A stretch of DNA of 46,670 nt, the filler included, from Jimgerdemannia flammicorona (taxonomy: Eukaryota), in assembly GCA_003990765.1 (NCBI GenBank). It is 2 parts of 2 records of this genome, joined end to end, with 100 filler letters (N's around TTAATTAATTAA, not from the genome) between each part and the next. Parts side by side here need not be neighbours in the genome. Positions count along the whole stretch, not along the records: positions 1 to 23,288 come from RBNJ01001124.1; 1 more part is not named here. One strand, written 5' to 3'. This document shows, in pieces, positions 1-14,069 of the stretch (positions within the stretch are counted from its first letter, which is position 1; every line of letters begins with the position of its first letter). Both the position numbers and the translations under genes were made by a program. The notes under the pieces were generated by a model, which saw nothing but the letters and a program-made list of their open reading frames with translations, made no database searches and had not been told where the DNA came from.

Positions 1-2408
1 CCCAAGACTGTCCTCGTCCCACCCAAGAAAACTCCCTCCGACGTTGACGATGACCAGATGACGGAAAGCAGTAATATTGCTGCAGAGGTAAAGTAACTGA
101 ATCTCTCCTCCGTCCTAAGCCTGACAGGTCTCTTTTCGTTTGCTATTCTAACATTATCACAAATACCGTTCGTTGCATTATGTGATGGCTTTGTAGGCGT
201 CCGGAACCCTGGTCACTAAGGCAAGCGCCACGGAAACTGGCCAGCCATCAAAGAGCCCAAGACTTGCAGCTACTGGAGAGATCCAGGTGCATTACTGCGT
301 TATATTATATGCTATACTTGCTTCAAAGTGTTATGAGTTTGCAACACTAATGACCTTTGCAAATGTAACGTTCTGTCCTGGCTTGGTAGACTTCAGGAAA
401 TGTCTCATCCTCAGCCGCGGAAACTTCCTCTGCCTCTTCTACTCCCGTCATCCCTAATTTTCTCCCACAAAAAAAACTCCAGGATTGGAGCGCCAATGAC
501 GTTTTCACCTTCCTGAATGCCAACAAAAATCGCCAGTTCGGAGACGAACATATTAAAGTCATTCAAGATCAAGAGATCGCCGGCATAGCATTTCTAGAAC
601 TTACGGATCAAAGGCTTATCGCACAATTCAACCTGAAAATCGGACCAGCAATAGGGATCCAAAAACTAATTGAGAACCTAAAGGTTGCTAAGGGGCTCGT
701 CAGCGACTCTGGTAAGTGTCCTCTTTCTTACGATTTTTGAGAACACTGGAACATTGACGTCGTTTCCAAAAAAAGAAAAAAAAAGTATTACATCGTTTGA
801 AACTCTGCGCTACGCTGTTTCTAGCGTTTTGCCGTGTTTCCGGGAAAATATTAATGAGGAGGAATGATGTGGAAGAGCATAGACTTTCCTGCACTAATTT
901 CTTTTCTTGCGCGATTATATTCAGACAGGAGACCCTATCCCGATGAGACAGACGAGGGCCGGGACCAATTGATGGTGATACCAACCGAGCGGTTGGAATA
1001 TATCGAGAAATTCATAAGGAAACGACCCGTTACCCTTCTACGCAGCCCCCCGCTCTCGGGTAAGAGTACACTGGGCGTGACACTCCTTTCTTGGCTGGAA
1101 ATTATGATGCTGTATACATATCTTTGGCGGGTTTGCCCCGTACGAATGCCCCTATCGAAGAGGATACCTTCGATAATTTCTGGAAGTACAAGGCTAAACG
1201 CACCTGGACGCAATGCCTTCGTTGTATAAAACCTACCATTGTCATTGTCGACGAGGTTCAGGCCCTCTACGGTAACAAAGCTATGTACTTTTGGGGAGAC
1301 TTGAAGAGTCTTCACTCTGCAGACGGTCGCAACGATAAGCTTAGAGTGTTCCTGCTTGCTACCTACGACCCAGTGTGGAATGAGAATTTGACACCGTTAC
1401 AATTTACGAACTCTCTCGGACTGAAGGATCTTCTTTTGTCGGAGTCAGATTTCGAAATCGTTGTGGAGTGGTTTGTTAACCTGCGAGATTCACGGGACAG
1501 TACGAACTTCAGCATCCCACAAGAGGTTGTCAAAACAATCTTCAACTTCACCGGCGGACACGCCGGTCTTTGTCGACATACGATTTTCAAAATGCGCCAA
1601 AAGTTTCGCGACGGTGGCACAACAGAGGACATGCTTAAGAATCTCGTTTCTCGGAATTTTCTGCGATCTACAGAAGCCACACGCGCCTATGAATGGGCCT
1701 CTAATTGGAGTCCGACGAATGAAGCCGAGTCTCTTCGCAATCTCCTTCTTCAAGATTACTCAGAGCCTTTAGATTTTTCCTCTTCAGTTGCACAAGTCAG
1801 GTCTTCTTGTCGTGGATTCCGATTATAATTACCATTTCGCCGCCCCCATCATGCGAACCCTTCTCACAAAGTCCTTGTTCAAAGCACGCGTAGACCTTCG
1901 GAAGTCACCTTCAACGACATTCGACGAGTTCTTGTTACGAACAATCGAACGCATGAGGCCGTCTGTCCTGAGGACGTCGTTAGGCCTAGGATCAGGCCCG
2001 GGTTTGCGACTCCTCGAGAAAACTTGGCAAATGGAATAGTACCGCACGGCTCTCACCGTTGTCCCTGTTGGGGCCTCAGTTAGTCCGGACGTTGGGAGCG
2101 TCTTTGGCTCTGACGGGTTCTTAGACTTCTATGTTAACGGCAAAGGGTACAGTTGGGGAGTCGAACTGCTCCGTGAGGGTGACCGAATGCATGGACATGC
2201 CCGGAGCTTTGAGCCAGGCGGCGAATACAACAAAATTCCCCTTACAGATTATGTCATTATCGACTTCCGCCATGAGAACAAAACAGTTCAAACACCACTT
2301 CCTCACTTTTGGCACGCACTGTACACTGACGACTACGAACACATTACCATCCGGCGTTCCGGTGAAAAGGATAAAGTCCTAATTTTGGGTTGTGATACGG
2401 AGCTTTAA
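1..2408 (+). pseudogene. Crinkler/CR-effector-like gene: SAM domain + P-loop NTPase + PD-(D/E)xK-like restriction-endonuclease domain; 5'-partial and disrupted
   Basis: Phase-consistent GT-AG introns 88-196, 287-389, 712-924. Exon 390-711 encodes a SAM-like segment (WSANDVFTFL...EIAGIAFLELTDQRLIAQFNLKIGPAIGIQKLIE). The last exon has Walker A SPPLSGKST (~1043-1070), Walker B IVIVDEVQ (~1238-1261) and a nuclease-like tail EKTWQME*YRTA...SPDVGSVFGSDGFLDFYVNG...WGVELLREG. Frameshifts near 1090 and 1790, premature TAG at 2037-2039, natural stop 2406-2408. CpGs are retained, unlike the neighbouring repeats. Confidence 0.8.
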
Positions 2409-2476
2409 ATTTACATTTGTCTTTTGTCACGATTATTTTCATATGTTGTATATACGTGTGGCGCAGTATTATCAAT

Positions 2477-3773
2477 TATAATTGGCATACTTAACCAGAT
2501 AATGCAGGCTCTCAGTATGACATCTAGTGTATCATAGTTACTCATGCTACCATACTTATAATTAGCCAGACATACCAGATAGGGTCTGTTTATCTGTACA
2601 GACTCTATATACCTGCCATAAGTAACAGATCTATAGTTAGCCATGTAGTAACCAGATAGCAACTAACTTGTATAAATTACTCCAGAGACAAGAGTGAATA
2701 AACCTCAGTCTGAAAGTTGAACACAAACCAAAGCAAAAGTCAATTGTCTGGTATACTTAGGAGAAATACCTGCCAAAAGCCACTTGATCCAGGAAGGATT
2801 GCAATACTTAAGAGATATGCCTGCCAATGAGTCACTGCTAAGAAGTTGTGAGCTTGGCTCTCTTCTCTTCTACTCCAGTCCACTTTCCGATATAAAGAAT
2901 GAGTCTGTTTTTGGTTCACTTACCAGATAAGTCTGAAGATTTGCCACCCAAGTTCAAGGAAGAACTTCACTGCCATTTCTAAGTTATTCACTATATTCCC
3001 AGTTGAAGCCACCAATTCAGATAGAATCTGCGCTATTGTATTCCCAGAAGAGCCTGCTGATTCAGGAAGAATCCACACCATCTAAGTTATTTCCCAGAAG
3101 CTCACTGATTCAGGAGAATTCATATTATCTGCCACTTTTGAGTTATCCACATTTCCAGAACCTGCACTATCTGAGTAGTATTTTTAGTAAACCACCAACT
3201 TAGGAAGAATCTGTAACATTCAAGCTATTTGTTTGTTCTCAGTGAGCCTGATTCAGAGAACCCACCACCAGTGTAATTTCCAGTAAGAAGAATGCATGCC
3301 ATCCTCCATTCCCAGTGTGCCAAATTAAGTTATTTGCTAGAAATCATATACTTTTGAAGATCATTGTACTATACAAATTGTAGCATTCCCAGTTGATCTG
3401 CATAAGGAACCCATCATGCTATACAGAGATCATCATGCAGAAATCACATAAGGAGAACTGTTAAATTACCAGATCATTACCCAGAAATTATATACTTTTG
3501 GAGATCATCATGCTACATATAAATCCCACCAATTCCCAGTTAACCCAAGAAGGAAATCTGTTCATACACAAATCATTGCTATATCTAGAGAACTGTCCTA
3601 ATAAGAAAATTGCTCACAGATATCCAGCTTTTGACTATTATATCACTAAACACCAAGGACCCTAGAAATCTTAGAACATTTTATTGCTTTTTGACAAAGT
3701 AACTATGGGCTAAAGCAAAACTACATCAACCCCCAACCTTGTAATTTGTCTCTATTGAGCCAGGTATATTACA
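2477..3773 (+). mobile_element. Solo-type LTR of Ty3/Gypsy family A (~1.3 kb)
   Basis: Colinear reverse-complement match to the PBS-adjacent LTR at 16248-17585. TATA (TGTATAAAT ~2669) and AATAAA (~2697) are present, and it ends ...ATTACA. No PBS follows and there is no exact TSD (CAAT vs CTAT). Confidence 0.85.
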
Positions 3774-5249
3774 CTATATATATAAATGAACAGGGCAATA
3801 TAATTCAAGAACTATACTTTCTAAATAACTATTTTATTAAAGTTAATATTATTAATAGTGACCTTATCAAGAAATATCCAGAGAGTGCCTAAACCTATAA
3901 ATAGCTTAGTAGTCATTAATATAGTTAGATTAGTTAGTACTATATAACTATATTTTGATCCATCAGACAGTAGATCTCTTGATAAGTTAGTTTACAAATT
4001 ATACTATATAACTCTATTCTGACTTATTAAGAACTAAAGTACTAATCTATATTTAGCCTAGTTCAGATAGCCTCTTATTAGTATAAATACCCTCTCTCTC
4101 AGATTATAGAAACTGAGACAAGAATACAAATAACCTGAGTCTAAACAATTTTCCATACAAATATTTCTTTATATACTATTTCTAGTATTAGTCAATAAGG
4201 AATATTATGAATAGTAAATATATCTATTTAATAACTTACAAATTACTCTTAAGTAAATTTATACTATTTTAGATTCCTCTCTTAACAAGATCTAGAAATT
4301 TCCTAATTATATATTGTCTATAGTAATACCTAATTCAACTAAGCTGGTCTTGATTTTTTAAACTTTCTGAGATAAGAAAAATTCTTAATATTCAGAATAA
4401 GTTCTATAAAAGAACTTTAGTTGAGATATCAATCAATCTTGAAATCAAAAGATATAGAGGTAATACTTTGTATGAAATTGATCTTAACCTAAAGAAAACA
4501 GTCTTTCAGAATACCCAAAACTTTTAAGAAGAACTATATAATGATATTCTAATAAAGTACTCTCTTACAACTTAGTAGTAGTAGGTTATAATCTAATTCT
4601 ACTTTAAGTTACTTCTCAACTCAGCTACAAATCTTTTCAGAAATTCCTACAAGTTAGTATAAAGCCTAACTACTGAACTGAAATTTATTCTGAACTATTT
4701 CACAATCTAGAATAAATTAAACCTAATATATAAAAACAATTAGACCTCTATATATATATATTTACAACAAGTGAGACAAGCTTTATATAAATAAAGAAGT
4801 ACTCCAATTAAATCAATAGATATATAAGTAAAACTCTATTTACTAAACTTCTTGCTCTATACCCTATAAGACAAAATGAAAAAGTTCTTATAGAAGTCTT
4901 CTTTATTCATTACAATAAGAGTTTTATGAGCTTTAAGAGCTCAAGTAATCTAGAATAACCAGCAGCTATCTTTCTAGCCTTAATATCTCATAAAGCCCAA
5001 CTCACAGTAGTCAAGTGGCTTAACTCTACTTATGATCACTGAAACAGAACCAAAACTTATCTATACTACTATTTTCAAAATTATAACATCTGTCATATTT
5101 CAAAGAAGAAGTCTAATAAACTCTTTATCAATAATTAGTATCTGAATCAGAAGTAGGTCTAGCTAAAAGTCCACCTGAACCCAAAATTGAACCAGAAATA
5201 GAATCTAATCTTGTAGAAGCTTTTGATATAGTCTATCTGAACTTTGATA
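3774..5249 (+). mobile_element. Highly degenerate 5' part (LTR end, PBS, N-terminal gag region) of the same family as the chromovirus at 23618-31427; resumes at 7236 after a LINE insertion
   Basis: Colinear with 23618-24730 (e.g. tatgaaattgatcttaacctaaagaaaacagtc vs tatgaaattgaccttgaccataagaaaacagtc). LTR ends ...CTCTTACA at 4569, then ACT + TAGTAGTAGTAG (4573-4584, a mutated TGGTAGCAGTAG PBS). TATA GTATAAATA at 4081. Confidence 0.8.
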
Positions 5250-7235
5250 GTCATTAAAGGGACATAGGCTAGTGAATTGAATGGGAGACTAGTTTTTTTT
5301 AGACTAGAAGAAGACCTATGACCATATCTGGCAGATATGGTTAGGCAAGATACTGGACAGAATTGGAGTTCTCTCAGTATTTCAAGCTTCTATGTTGAAG
5401 CTATTGGAGGGCAGCAGGGTGGTACTGATGTATAATGGTCACCAGAGTCTGGCATTTCTCTTAGAGAGAGAGGTTCTGTAGAGGGATCTACTGTCACCTA
5501 TTCTGTATACCCTCTCACTAGAACCTTTGATAGATAGGATTTGGCAGAAGGTAGTAGGGCTCTCTATTTATGATGTGGTGTGGAAGGTGGGGACCTTTGC
5601 AGATGATATGGTGATTGGACTTAGATCAGTAGCAGATATTGAGGCTTTTAAGAAGATGGTTGAATAGTATGAGATATACTCTAGAGCAAAACTCAACTGG
5701 CATAAGTGTGAGACAATGGTGTTGGAGAATGGATTAGTGGGAGGGGATATTATTGCAATAATTGTCCCTGCAGAAGAAGCAGTGAGATATCTGGGCATCT
5801 TCCTTTCAGTGTATGAATCTATCTTACTACAGGTATGGTAGAAGAGGAGAGTAGCTATCTGGGGGGAGGCTCTTAGAGGCTGCGGAGGTCACCATATCTC
5901 CCTGGCAGGCCAGGTATCAATTCTGAACATCTACTGATTCCCTAAGCTATAGTATATAGTCTATCACTTAGACTTTCCTGCTTAGGTGGTAAAAAGACTG
6001 ATGAAACTGACTAGGGGTTAGATTTGGGCTAAGAGGTAGTCCCAGATCAGTTGAGATACTCCTTCAATATCATTAGTTTAAGGAGGGTTAGAACTGGTGG
6101 ATTTTCCTAAGAGGCTGTACTATCTGAGAGCTTAGTGGTTGAAGCAAACTATGGAACTGAGGGGAGGGGGATGGGTGCTGCTAATGCAGAAGGTGTGGGA
6201 GATGAGATTCTCTCCAAGAGAGTTCTCAGGGGATTTGCTATCCCTGGTGGGCCTGGATAGAAGCCATCAGCTAAGATATAAAGGCTTCTGATAGGGAGTA
6301 GTAGATAGAGTACACTATATAGGCTTATGCTAGCATAACAATGAAGGAGAGATACTGTAGAGACCAGCTATATGGAGATGGGATAGACTGCTTTTGGGGA
6401 GTACTCTATTTATTGAATTTGATCTTATAGATTGAGTGAAGTGTCAGTAGAGACTTAGTCAGGATCTTTGGCCTGGAAGTTGGCAAGCAGTGAGGATGAT
6501 TGGTGAGGAGTGGGATTGGGCAGAAGTCTGGGCATAGAGTGCTGAAGTGCAAAGATAGCTTCCTTCCAAGTTCTAGATAGTATAGTAGTAGATGCTATAG
6601 AGAAATATTATATTGAATTTCCATACTAGATATCTAGTAGATGGTAGACTACTGAAGTGTGAGAAGTGCTATAATGTAGGATAAGTTGGGGGTTTTATAC
6701 AGACTCTAGAATATTGGCTAAGAGAGTATAAGGCTCTGGGGGACTTTTGGATAGCAATAGCAGACTGGCTGAGTATAAAGAGGAGATGAGATAGGGAGAG
6801 AGGTCACTGGAAAGATTTGAGAACTAGGTTGGTAAGAGGTATGGGCAATGAATGACTCACTATAGAGTGGGTTTTAGCTATATAAGTAGGACTGACTGGA
6901 CTTTTGCTCTTTGTTTTTGAGGAAGGATGACAGCTAGCTTTGCAAGAGAGATTGATGAGATAGGAGGGGTTGATGGGAGATTTGCTGAAGAGTGGTTGGT
7001 TGGATGGGGTCTCTAGAGTAGGCATCATTGCTATCTGATAAAAGGAATTTGTAAACAGAGTAATGGGTGGGTAGAGGTGATTAGTGACCTTCTGGTCTTT
7101 AATAGAGAGAGTATAATGAGGGAGAGGGCCCTTAGGGAGATTGGATAGGGGTGGGCTCAGTGTATTATATATTAAATAGATAGATATATTAATAAAGGAA
7201 GGAGTCCAAGAGACTCAAAAAAAAAAAAAAAAAAA
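5250..7235 (+). mobile_element. 5'-truncated L1/Tx1-like LINE (RT to 3' end), degenerate
   Basis: Begins inside RT (D.EK.YD motif ~5302; TFADD ~5593), homologous to 21390-23288. AATAAA ~7191, poly(A) 7217-7235. Perfect 12-bp TSD TGAACTTTGATA at 5238-5249 and 7236-7247. Confidence 0.92.
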
Positions 7236-7605
7236 TGAACTTTGATATACAACTGATACTATATTTGAGAATCAGATTTAGATATTATGATCAAATATCT
7301 ATTCCTCTGATTTATATTTCTAATTTAGATCAACTATCACTATAGTATTTAGAATAAATTATATTTAATTTATTTAATATATTTTGAATAAATTTAGATT
7401 TAATTAAATAGTTTATTTATAGATATTAATTAAATTAGACTAATTATATAAATATTGAAATCTTATATATTTAGCTAGATTTATTATTTATAATTTTTAA
7501 AATAACTAAAAGTAGATAATTATCTTAATTAATAGATATTAAGAGTTAGAGTTGATAATTATATAATGAATTTAAGATTAAAAGAAAAAACAAAAATATG
7601 AATGA

Positions 7606-10600
7606 CCTTTCTCTAGTACTATTCAGATTACATGAACTTCTGACAATACTTCAAATAATATTTTGTTTGAAAAGATATTAATAACATAATGAGCAATGAG
7701 CAATCTGAGGAGTATATAGAGTAGGGTGGCCCCAGTGCCTTTGGCTAACAGTATGTAGGGAGGGGTCAAGATATAGATTTGAGAATACCAAGTACTACTC
7801 TGAGGGGCTGGAGAACTGGCAGTGGTGGAAGAGGTGGGGCAAGGCAGCAGGAGATTGGCTGATTGATCTTTATAGACAAGGTCAAGATAGGAGCTAGGAC
7901 AATGAGACTGGCTGGATAGCTGGAGCTAGAGAAGAGAAAGACTGCTACAGGAGAGAAGAGGAGAGCCTCTCTGGGGGACAAGAGTAGTAGGACTGATGGT
8001 GTATGGGCTGAAGAGGTAACTGCTGATAGAAGTGTGATAGGCAATCAGAAAAAAATCAAGATAGGACTACTGATGATAGACCAAGTTGTGGGAAGAGTAC
8101 AAGACCCAGTAACTTAACTGATAGTGTGATGAGCACAATTACTTAAGAAGTTGAGATCTAAATTCACAGTCACAATATACTTCCAGGGCCTAGTGGTGAT
8201 AGCAAAGATGGTACTGGGGCTCTTAGTGAAGAAAGTAAAAGGTGTAGCCTTAGTGAAGTTTTTGAAAAAGCTTGAATTAATAAAGATTGGATTTGAGGAG
8301 AAGGAGTTACTATTGGGGGCTTTGGAGAAGAGGCTGGAGATTAGGGGAGTAGTAGTTCTGATAGGGAGGTATATATACTGAGACCCTCAGGTAATACAGC
8401 TGGTGGTGGCTAACCTACTAACTATTATGAAGGAGGTAGCTAGACAATTGATAGTAAATATGGTTAAGAAGTTTAGAGAGATTGTGGATATTGAATTTCA
8501 AGTCTGAGAGGGGACAGAGCTTAGGACTGGAGATGTAGACATTCGGGTGAGGCTGATGGGAAAAGAGAATACTGGGAAAGAGAGAGACTGGCTGGTGATA
8601 CTGAGGTGGAGACTTGTTAAATATAAGGTATTGAGGGTGATGAGGATACTGGAGAAGGATGAGGACCTGCTAGAGATACTGGAGGATATGGTGGGGATGG
8701 TCAAGAGGAGGCAGATGGCTTGGAAGGAGTATGAGACTAGAATGGTGGTTGAGGTTATCAATGGCAAAAAGGTGCAGATGGATTGGACTCTCTGAGAGAA
8801 GACACAGGAGAGGAAGGTGCAGAAGAAGTTATTGGCAAGCCTGAGAGAGGCCTAGGAGAGAGCTGAGGTGACCAGTGGAGAGAGTGTAAGGGCTAGTATT
8901 TGGGTGGAGATAGGGTAGTAAGGGGAAGGCCAGGAGGGTGACAAAGGTCCAGAGTTGAAGGTGGTGACAGCAGATATAGAGATGGTAGAAAGTGCTTTAA
9001 TTTAGTATAAGGTATCTGGTATTGAGAGAGAGGAGTTGCAGGATATGTCAGAGGATAGATGAGATGAATCTGGAAAGACTGAGAAGGGGGAGAGCAAGGG
9101 CAGGAGTCAGCCTGGGGGGAGGAGACAGTTGGCAGAGAGAAGTGACTGTAGAAGGTAATGACAAATGTGACAGTAGAGAAGTTGGGCAAGGTAGACTTTT
9201 ACGTGATCAGTGAGGCCTTCTAGAGAGAAGTACTGTAGGGTGAGGGGGTGGTGAGGAAGCTGAGAGATGAGATGATAGTGGTACTATTGGAGAAGGAGGA
9301 GTATGAGAAGGATATGGCCCAGAAGGTAACTCTGTTGAGTATTGCAAATAATTGGATAGTATATCTGTGGGGGCCAAGGAACAGACTGGTGAAATGGTAG
9401 GTAGTGTGTAAGGAGTACCATATGTCTATAGAAATAGTAGATAGAGAGGACTGTGTAGAGTTATTGGTGGCTCTGGATGAACAGCAGGAATTAGAGGCTG
9501 AGATTGAGACTGAGCAGAACTTGGATTTGGCAGGACAGAATGTGAGTATAGAATTATAAAGTGGGTTCATATCTCCATAATATTATTCATCATAAACAGT
9601 ACAACCAATATATTCTCTATAAATGTGAATAGACTTTGTGGGGTAGAGAGGTATTGCAATATCTTTGGCTGACTAAGGAAACTGGATACAGATGTATTTC
9701 TACTTCAGGATATCAGATGTGAGGTTGAGGTTGATAGATTGGAATAGATAAGAGAGTGGGGGGGGGGGTAGCAATATAGTAGGAGAAGGTGGGGATATTG
9801 GTCAGGAGGGGGAAGGAAGACATTGGAGACAATGGATATTGTAGGAGTAGATTGATGTGGGGGGTTGTGGCAGTGGCCAGGCTGGGGCAGCATAGTTGTA
9901 GGTTCTTGTTACCATCTGACAGAGCAGGGGGCCAGAGTGGAATAGATACAGAGTTTGCAGAACTCTAGTGTTCAGGTGGGGACTGGAGTGGACTGCCTGG
10001 GTGAAACTTTAATATGGTCAGAGATTGCAGGCTGAATAGAATAGTTGGTGGAAGGGGGATATCAGGAGAAGTAGAGGGATGGAGGACTGAGAGGAGGTTG
10101 AGAGACTTGGTGCTCTGATGGATGCTGTGAGACTACAGAGTAATAAGCATCAGCTATACATATATTGGGCAAAAGGGCTGGACTCTAGAATTAATTGGAT
10201 TTTGACTACCAAATGCTAGAGAGAGGTGATCTGGGAGAGGGTGGAGGTGGAATGGTATCTCTGGTCAGATCATTGGGGCATCCAGGGGAGAGAGAGGTTT
10301 GGAGGAAGTGGGGAGGATCCTGGATATTAGCATATGAACTTCTTACTATTGGATGAAGCTACTCTATGAAACTTATGAGTGAGGAGAATTTAGTCTCAGA
10401 TTGCAATATAGAAGGAGGCAGGCCTATATATTAGAGACTGGTAGCATAGACTAAAGTCTGAGACTTAGTGTTTTTGGGGAGAGATAGAGAAGATATGGGG
10501 TACTTAGAGATGGAGAAGTATCTGATAAGTATCTTAATGGTTGGAAAGACTATTGATAAAATGAGCAGGGCTGCTGCAGGAGAAAGAGAAGGTGGACTGG

Positions 10601-13395
10601 AGGATTCAGTGAGCTAAGTTGGAGGTGGCTGAGCTACAGAACTTGCTGAGAAGAGAGAAGAATATACAGATGAGAGGATTAGCAGCTAGACTGAGATGGT
10701 AGGAACTGGAGAAAGGAGAGTAACCTACTAAGTTTCAGTCAAGGCTCCTCAGAGCAAGGAGAGCATAGCATAGATGGGATGGAGTATTGAATGAGGATGG
10801 TAAGATGGTGGTGGGGGTACAGGGTATTCTAGAACAGCTGAGTGGCTGTTGGGGGTGTAGGGTATTCTAGAATAGCTGAGTGACTGTTGGGGGTGTAGGG
10901 TATTCTAGAACAGCTGAGTGGCTGTTGGGTCAGACTTCAGAGTGAGGAGAAGAGAGGGGAAGATGTACTGGACATTGTGCAATATCTGAAAGAGTGATAT
11001 CTAACTTCAGCTGTGGGTCTGGGGGAACTTAGAGCATCAGTACAGTAGGAGAAAATCCTCCAGATTCTGACTTCTATAACTCAGGGCACTGCTATTAGAG
11101 AGGATGGACTGCCATGGGATTTTTAGAAGAAGATAGCATTGGTTGAGGAGGTGGTAGAGGATATGGTACAGTTGTATAATGAGGTTATTAATTCTGAGAC
11201 ATGGATTAGGAGTCAGCAATTGGGGCTAGTGACTCTATTGTATAAAGACAAAAGGAGGTGAGAGGACTGAAAAAACTGGAGGCTAATTATACTTCTTGAC
11301 ATAGACCATAAGATAGTGACAAAGGTTCTGGTGACCAGGTTGTAGGGAGTGGCTCAACAGATGTTAGGAAAGGAGCAGAGGAGCTTTGTGGGGGGTCACC
11401 TTATTTGGTATAGCACTGCCTGGGTCTATGGTATGATTGAAGAGACAAGGGCTATAGGAGTAGATAGTCATCTGGTATTCTTAAATCAGGAGAAGGCCTA
11501 TGATAGAGTTTGGAGGGTTTGGCTTAGTAGAGTACTAAGGTGTATTGGTGTTCTCCAGGACATTCAATGCTCTATTATTGGTCTGCTGAAGGGGAGCCAA
11601 GTAGCTATTTTGGTGAATAACTACAGAGAAACTACTTTTCCCTAGGAAGAGAGGTGTCATAGAGTGACCCACTCTCTCTTATTCTTTATGCCTTCACTCT
11701 GGAGCCAGTGCTGGATGGGATTAGACATAGAGTAGGAGGTCTGGATATTCTCAGAGTGAACTGGAAAGTGGGGGCCTTTGCAGATAACATAGTGGTTAAG
11801 TTGGGATCAGTGGAAGATATAGTCAAACTAAAGAGAGTAGTGGAATAGTATGAGAGGTGTACTGGAGTAAGGCTCAACTGGCACAAGTATGAGATAATGG
11901 TATTTAGTGAAGGAGTGGTAGGGGGGATATTATTAGAACAATTGTCTCTACTGGAGAGATGGTCCAGTACTAGGAATCTACTTCTCAGTATATGGCTCCT
12001 TGCTATCCAAGGAGTGGTGGGAACATAGACTAGTAGAATGGGGCAAGATACTGGTAGAGTGGAGTAATAGACATATTTCACTGATAGAAAGAGTGATAGT
12101 ACTGAATGTATACTAGATACTAAAGCTATAGTATCTATAGTACTATCTTGACTTTCCAAAATAAGTGGTTAAGAGGCTTTTGAAGATAGTCTACTCATGG
12201 CTTTGAGCTAGGAGGTGTAGCCAAATCAGATGAGAGATACTAATGTTGCCTATAGGATATAGAGAACTTGATCTGATAGACTTTATCAAATATATGCACT
12301 GCTTGAGAGAATAGTGGTTGAAATATACTGGTGAGCTGAGGGGAGGGAAATGGGTGCTCCTAATGTAACATATTTGAGAGATATAGGTATCATCTAGAGG
12401 AGGTTTTGATGACTTACTCTCTTTGGTAGTATTGGAGGAGAACTGAAAGATATGATACTCTGACTTTTGATAGGGTGTGGTTGATGGAGCCCACTGTATT
12501 GATATCTGATAGAAGGATGAGGAGAGGGAAAAAAACTGAGGATCTTGGATATAGAGGTGGGAGTATCTATTGTTGAGAGATAGTTAAGTGGAGGACTTTA
12601 GTCTTGAGAATAGAATAGAGTATCTTGGAGGATAGAGGAGAGAACTCTGGCCAGAGGTCTGGTAGGGGGTTGGTATTGGTGAAGGATAGGACTAGGCCAG
12701 TATTTAGTCATAGTATAAAATAGTGGCAAGATAGCTTTCACCCAAGTTCTGAGTGGTGTAGTGGTGGTTCCTGAGGCAGAATATGATGCTGAACTTCTGG
12801 TTAAGATACTTGATAGAAGGGGATACCTTTGATTATAAAGAATGTCTTGATGTCAGGCAGAAGTACAGAGTGGTACAAACCCTAAAACACTAGCTGAGAG
12901 AGTGTGAGAGCATAGAGACTTTCTGGAAGAGGATTTGTAGAGGTTGGGGGTGGATGCTCCTGTACCAGGAGAAGGTAGGCAGTGGGCAGTTTTGTAGTCA
13001 TGTTTGGTGAGTGGTGTGAATAATGAGTAGCTAATAGTCAGATAGATAATTGTAGTATAGATTGGTCTTACAGAATACTGATTGAGTGTCTTTAAGGAGG
13101 GCCTCAGATTGGCTGTTGAAATGAGGGAGGCATGGTGGAAGTGGTTGATGGTAGAGCTCCTGAATGGATAGTGGATTGGGTGGGGGCCCAAGGGGTGAAG
13201 CAGAAGGAGCTGGTAAGGAGGATTGTGGTGAAGAGTAGAGAGAGAATTGAGATATCTAATAGAAGAGTATCCTGGGTAAAGGATGGGGGTGAGAGGGTCC
13301 TGTGTAGGATAGGATAGGGGGGAGTATGATATAATATTATATTATAGATAAGGGAGATAATAAAGGTGCAGTCTAAGTAACTATAAAAAAAAAAA
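7606..13395 (+). mobile_element. Near full-length degenerate L1/Tx1-like LINE (5'UTR, ORF1, APE-RT ORF2, poly(A))
   Basis: Colinear with 17606-23288: ORF1 remnants (LRSKFTVTIYFQGLVV; GKENTGKERDW), APE remnants (~9600-10275, WSDHW), RT (NQEKAYDRV ~11484; AFADN ~11774), AATAAA ~13359, A-tract 13385-13395. Many transition-type stops. Confidence 0.9.
10812..10929 (+). repeat. 38-bp tandem triplication inside LINE ORF2
   Basis: GGGTATTCTAGAAYAGCTGAGTGRCTGTTGGGGGTGTA units start at 10822, 10860 and 10898; there is no such repeat in the homologous region of the LINE at ~20850. Confidence 0.9.
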
Positions 13396-14069
13396 TAAAA
13401 ATGAAAATAAGAATACTCTACTATAATAAAAATAACTCAAAAATATACTAATTAGCTACTAAGTAATAAATATATCAAAAACACTAGTTACTAAATTTTA
13501 ATCAATATAAATATCTGTTATATAATCTATAATATAAATAATAAACTTTAAACTTTAAGCCAAAACTACTATGAGAATATAAGAAGATTGTAAAAGCTTT
13601 TATGTATATATAGTACATTAGTTATGTTGGAAGTAAGAAATACAATTGAATACCATAATATTTATTTCAATAGTTTAAACCAAACTGTTTTTATTATCTA
13701 TGAACATCTGTAAACCATTCACATTTTTTTTTTATTGGTGATTGACAAATACATCTCTGAATTTCAATAGCTTAAAAATCATGAATTATGAAAGCCGTGC
13801 GAGCTCCCAATATGAGCAACCTGCAATTGGCCAAAGGTAGTCTAGAAACATGCCAAATAACGAAACAGATGTTCATTTAATACAGGTGCTATTCTGGTCA
13901 TATGCGATATTCTATTTAGTGGAAAGAGTGAAACAGGATAGGTTATCAAAAAGCTAGAGACCACATGTGCACCCAACTATTTGGACTACCTGTTAAAATC
14001 TTTTTCTTCAAAGAGAGAGAAAGATAGAAGTCGGCAAATTGCCAGAGCCACCTATGGGCCCAATGATCT

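Noticed and set aside
10812..10929. CRISPR-like array
   Set aside because: Head-to-tail units without unique spacers, inside a eukaryotic LINE.
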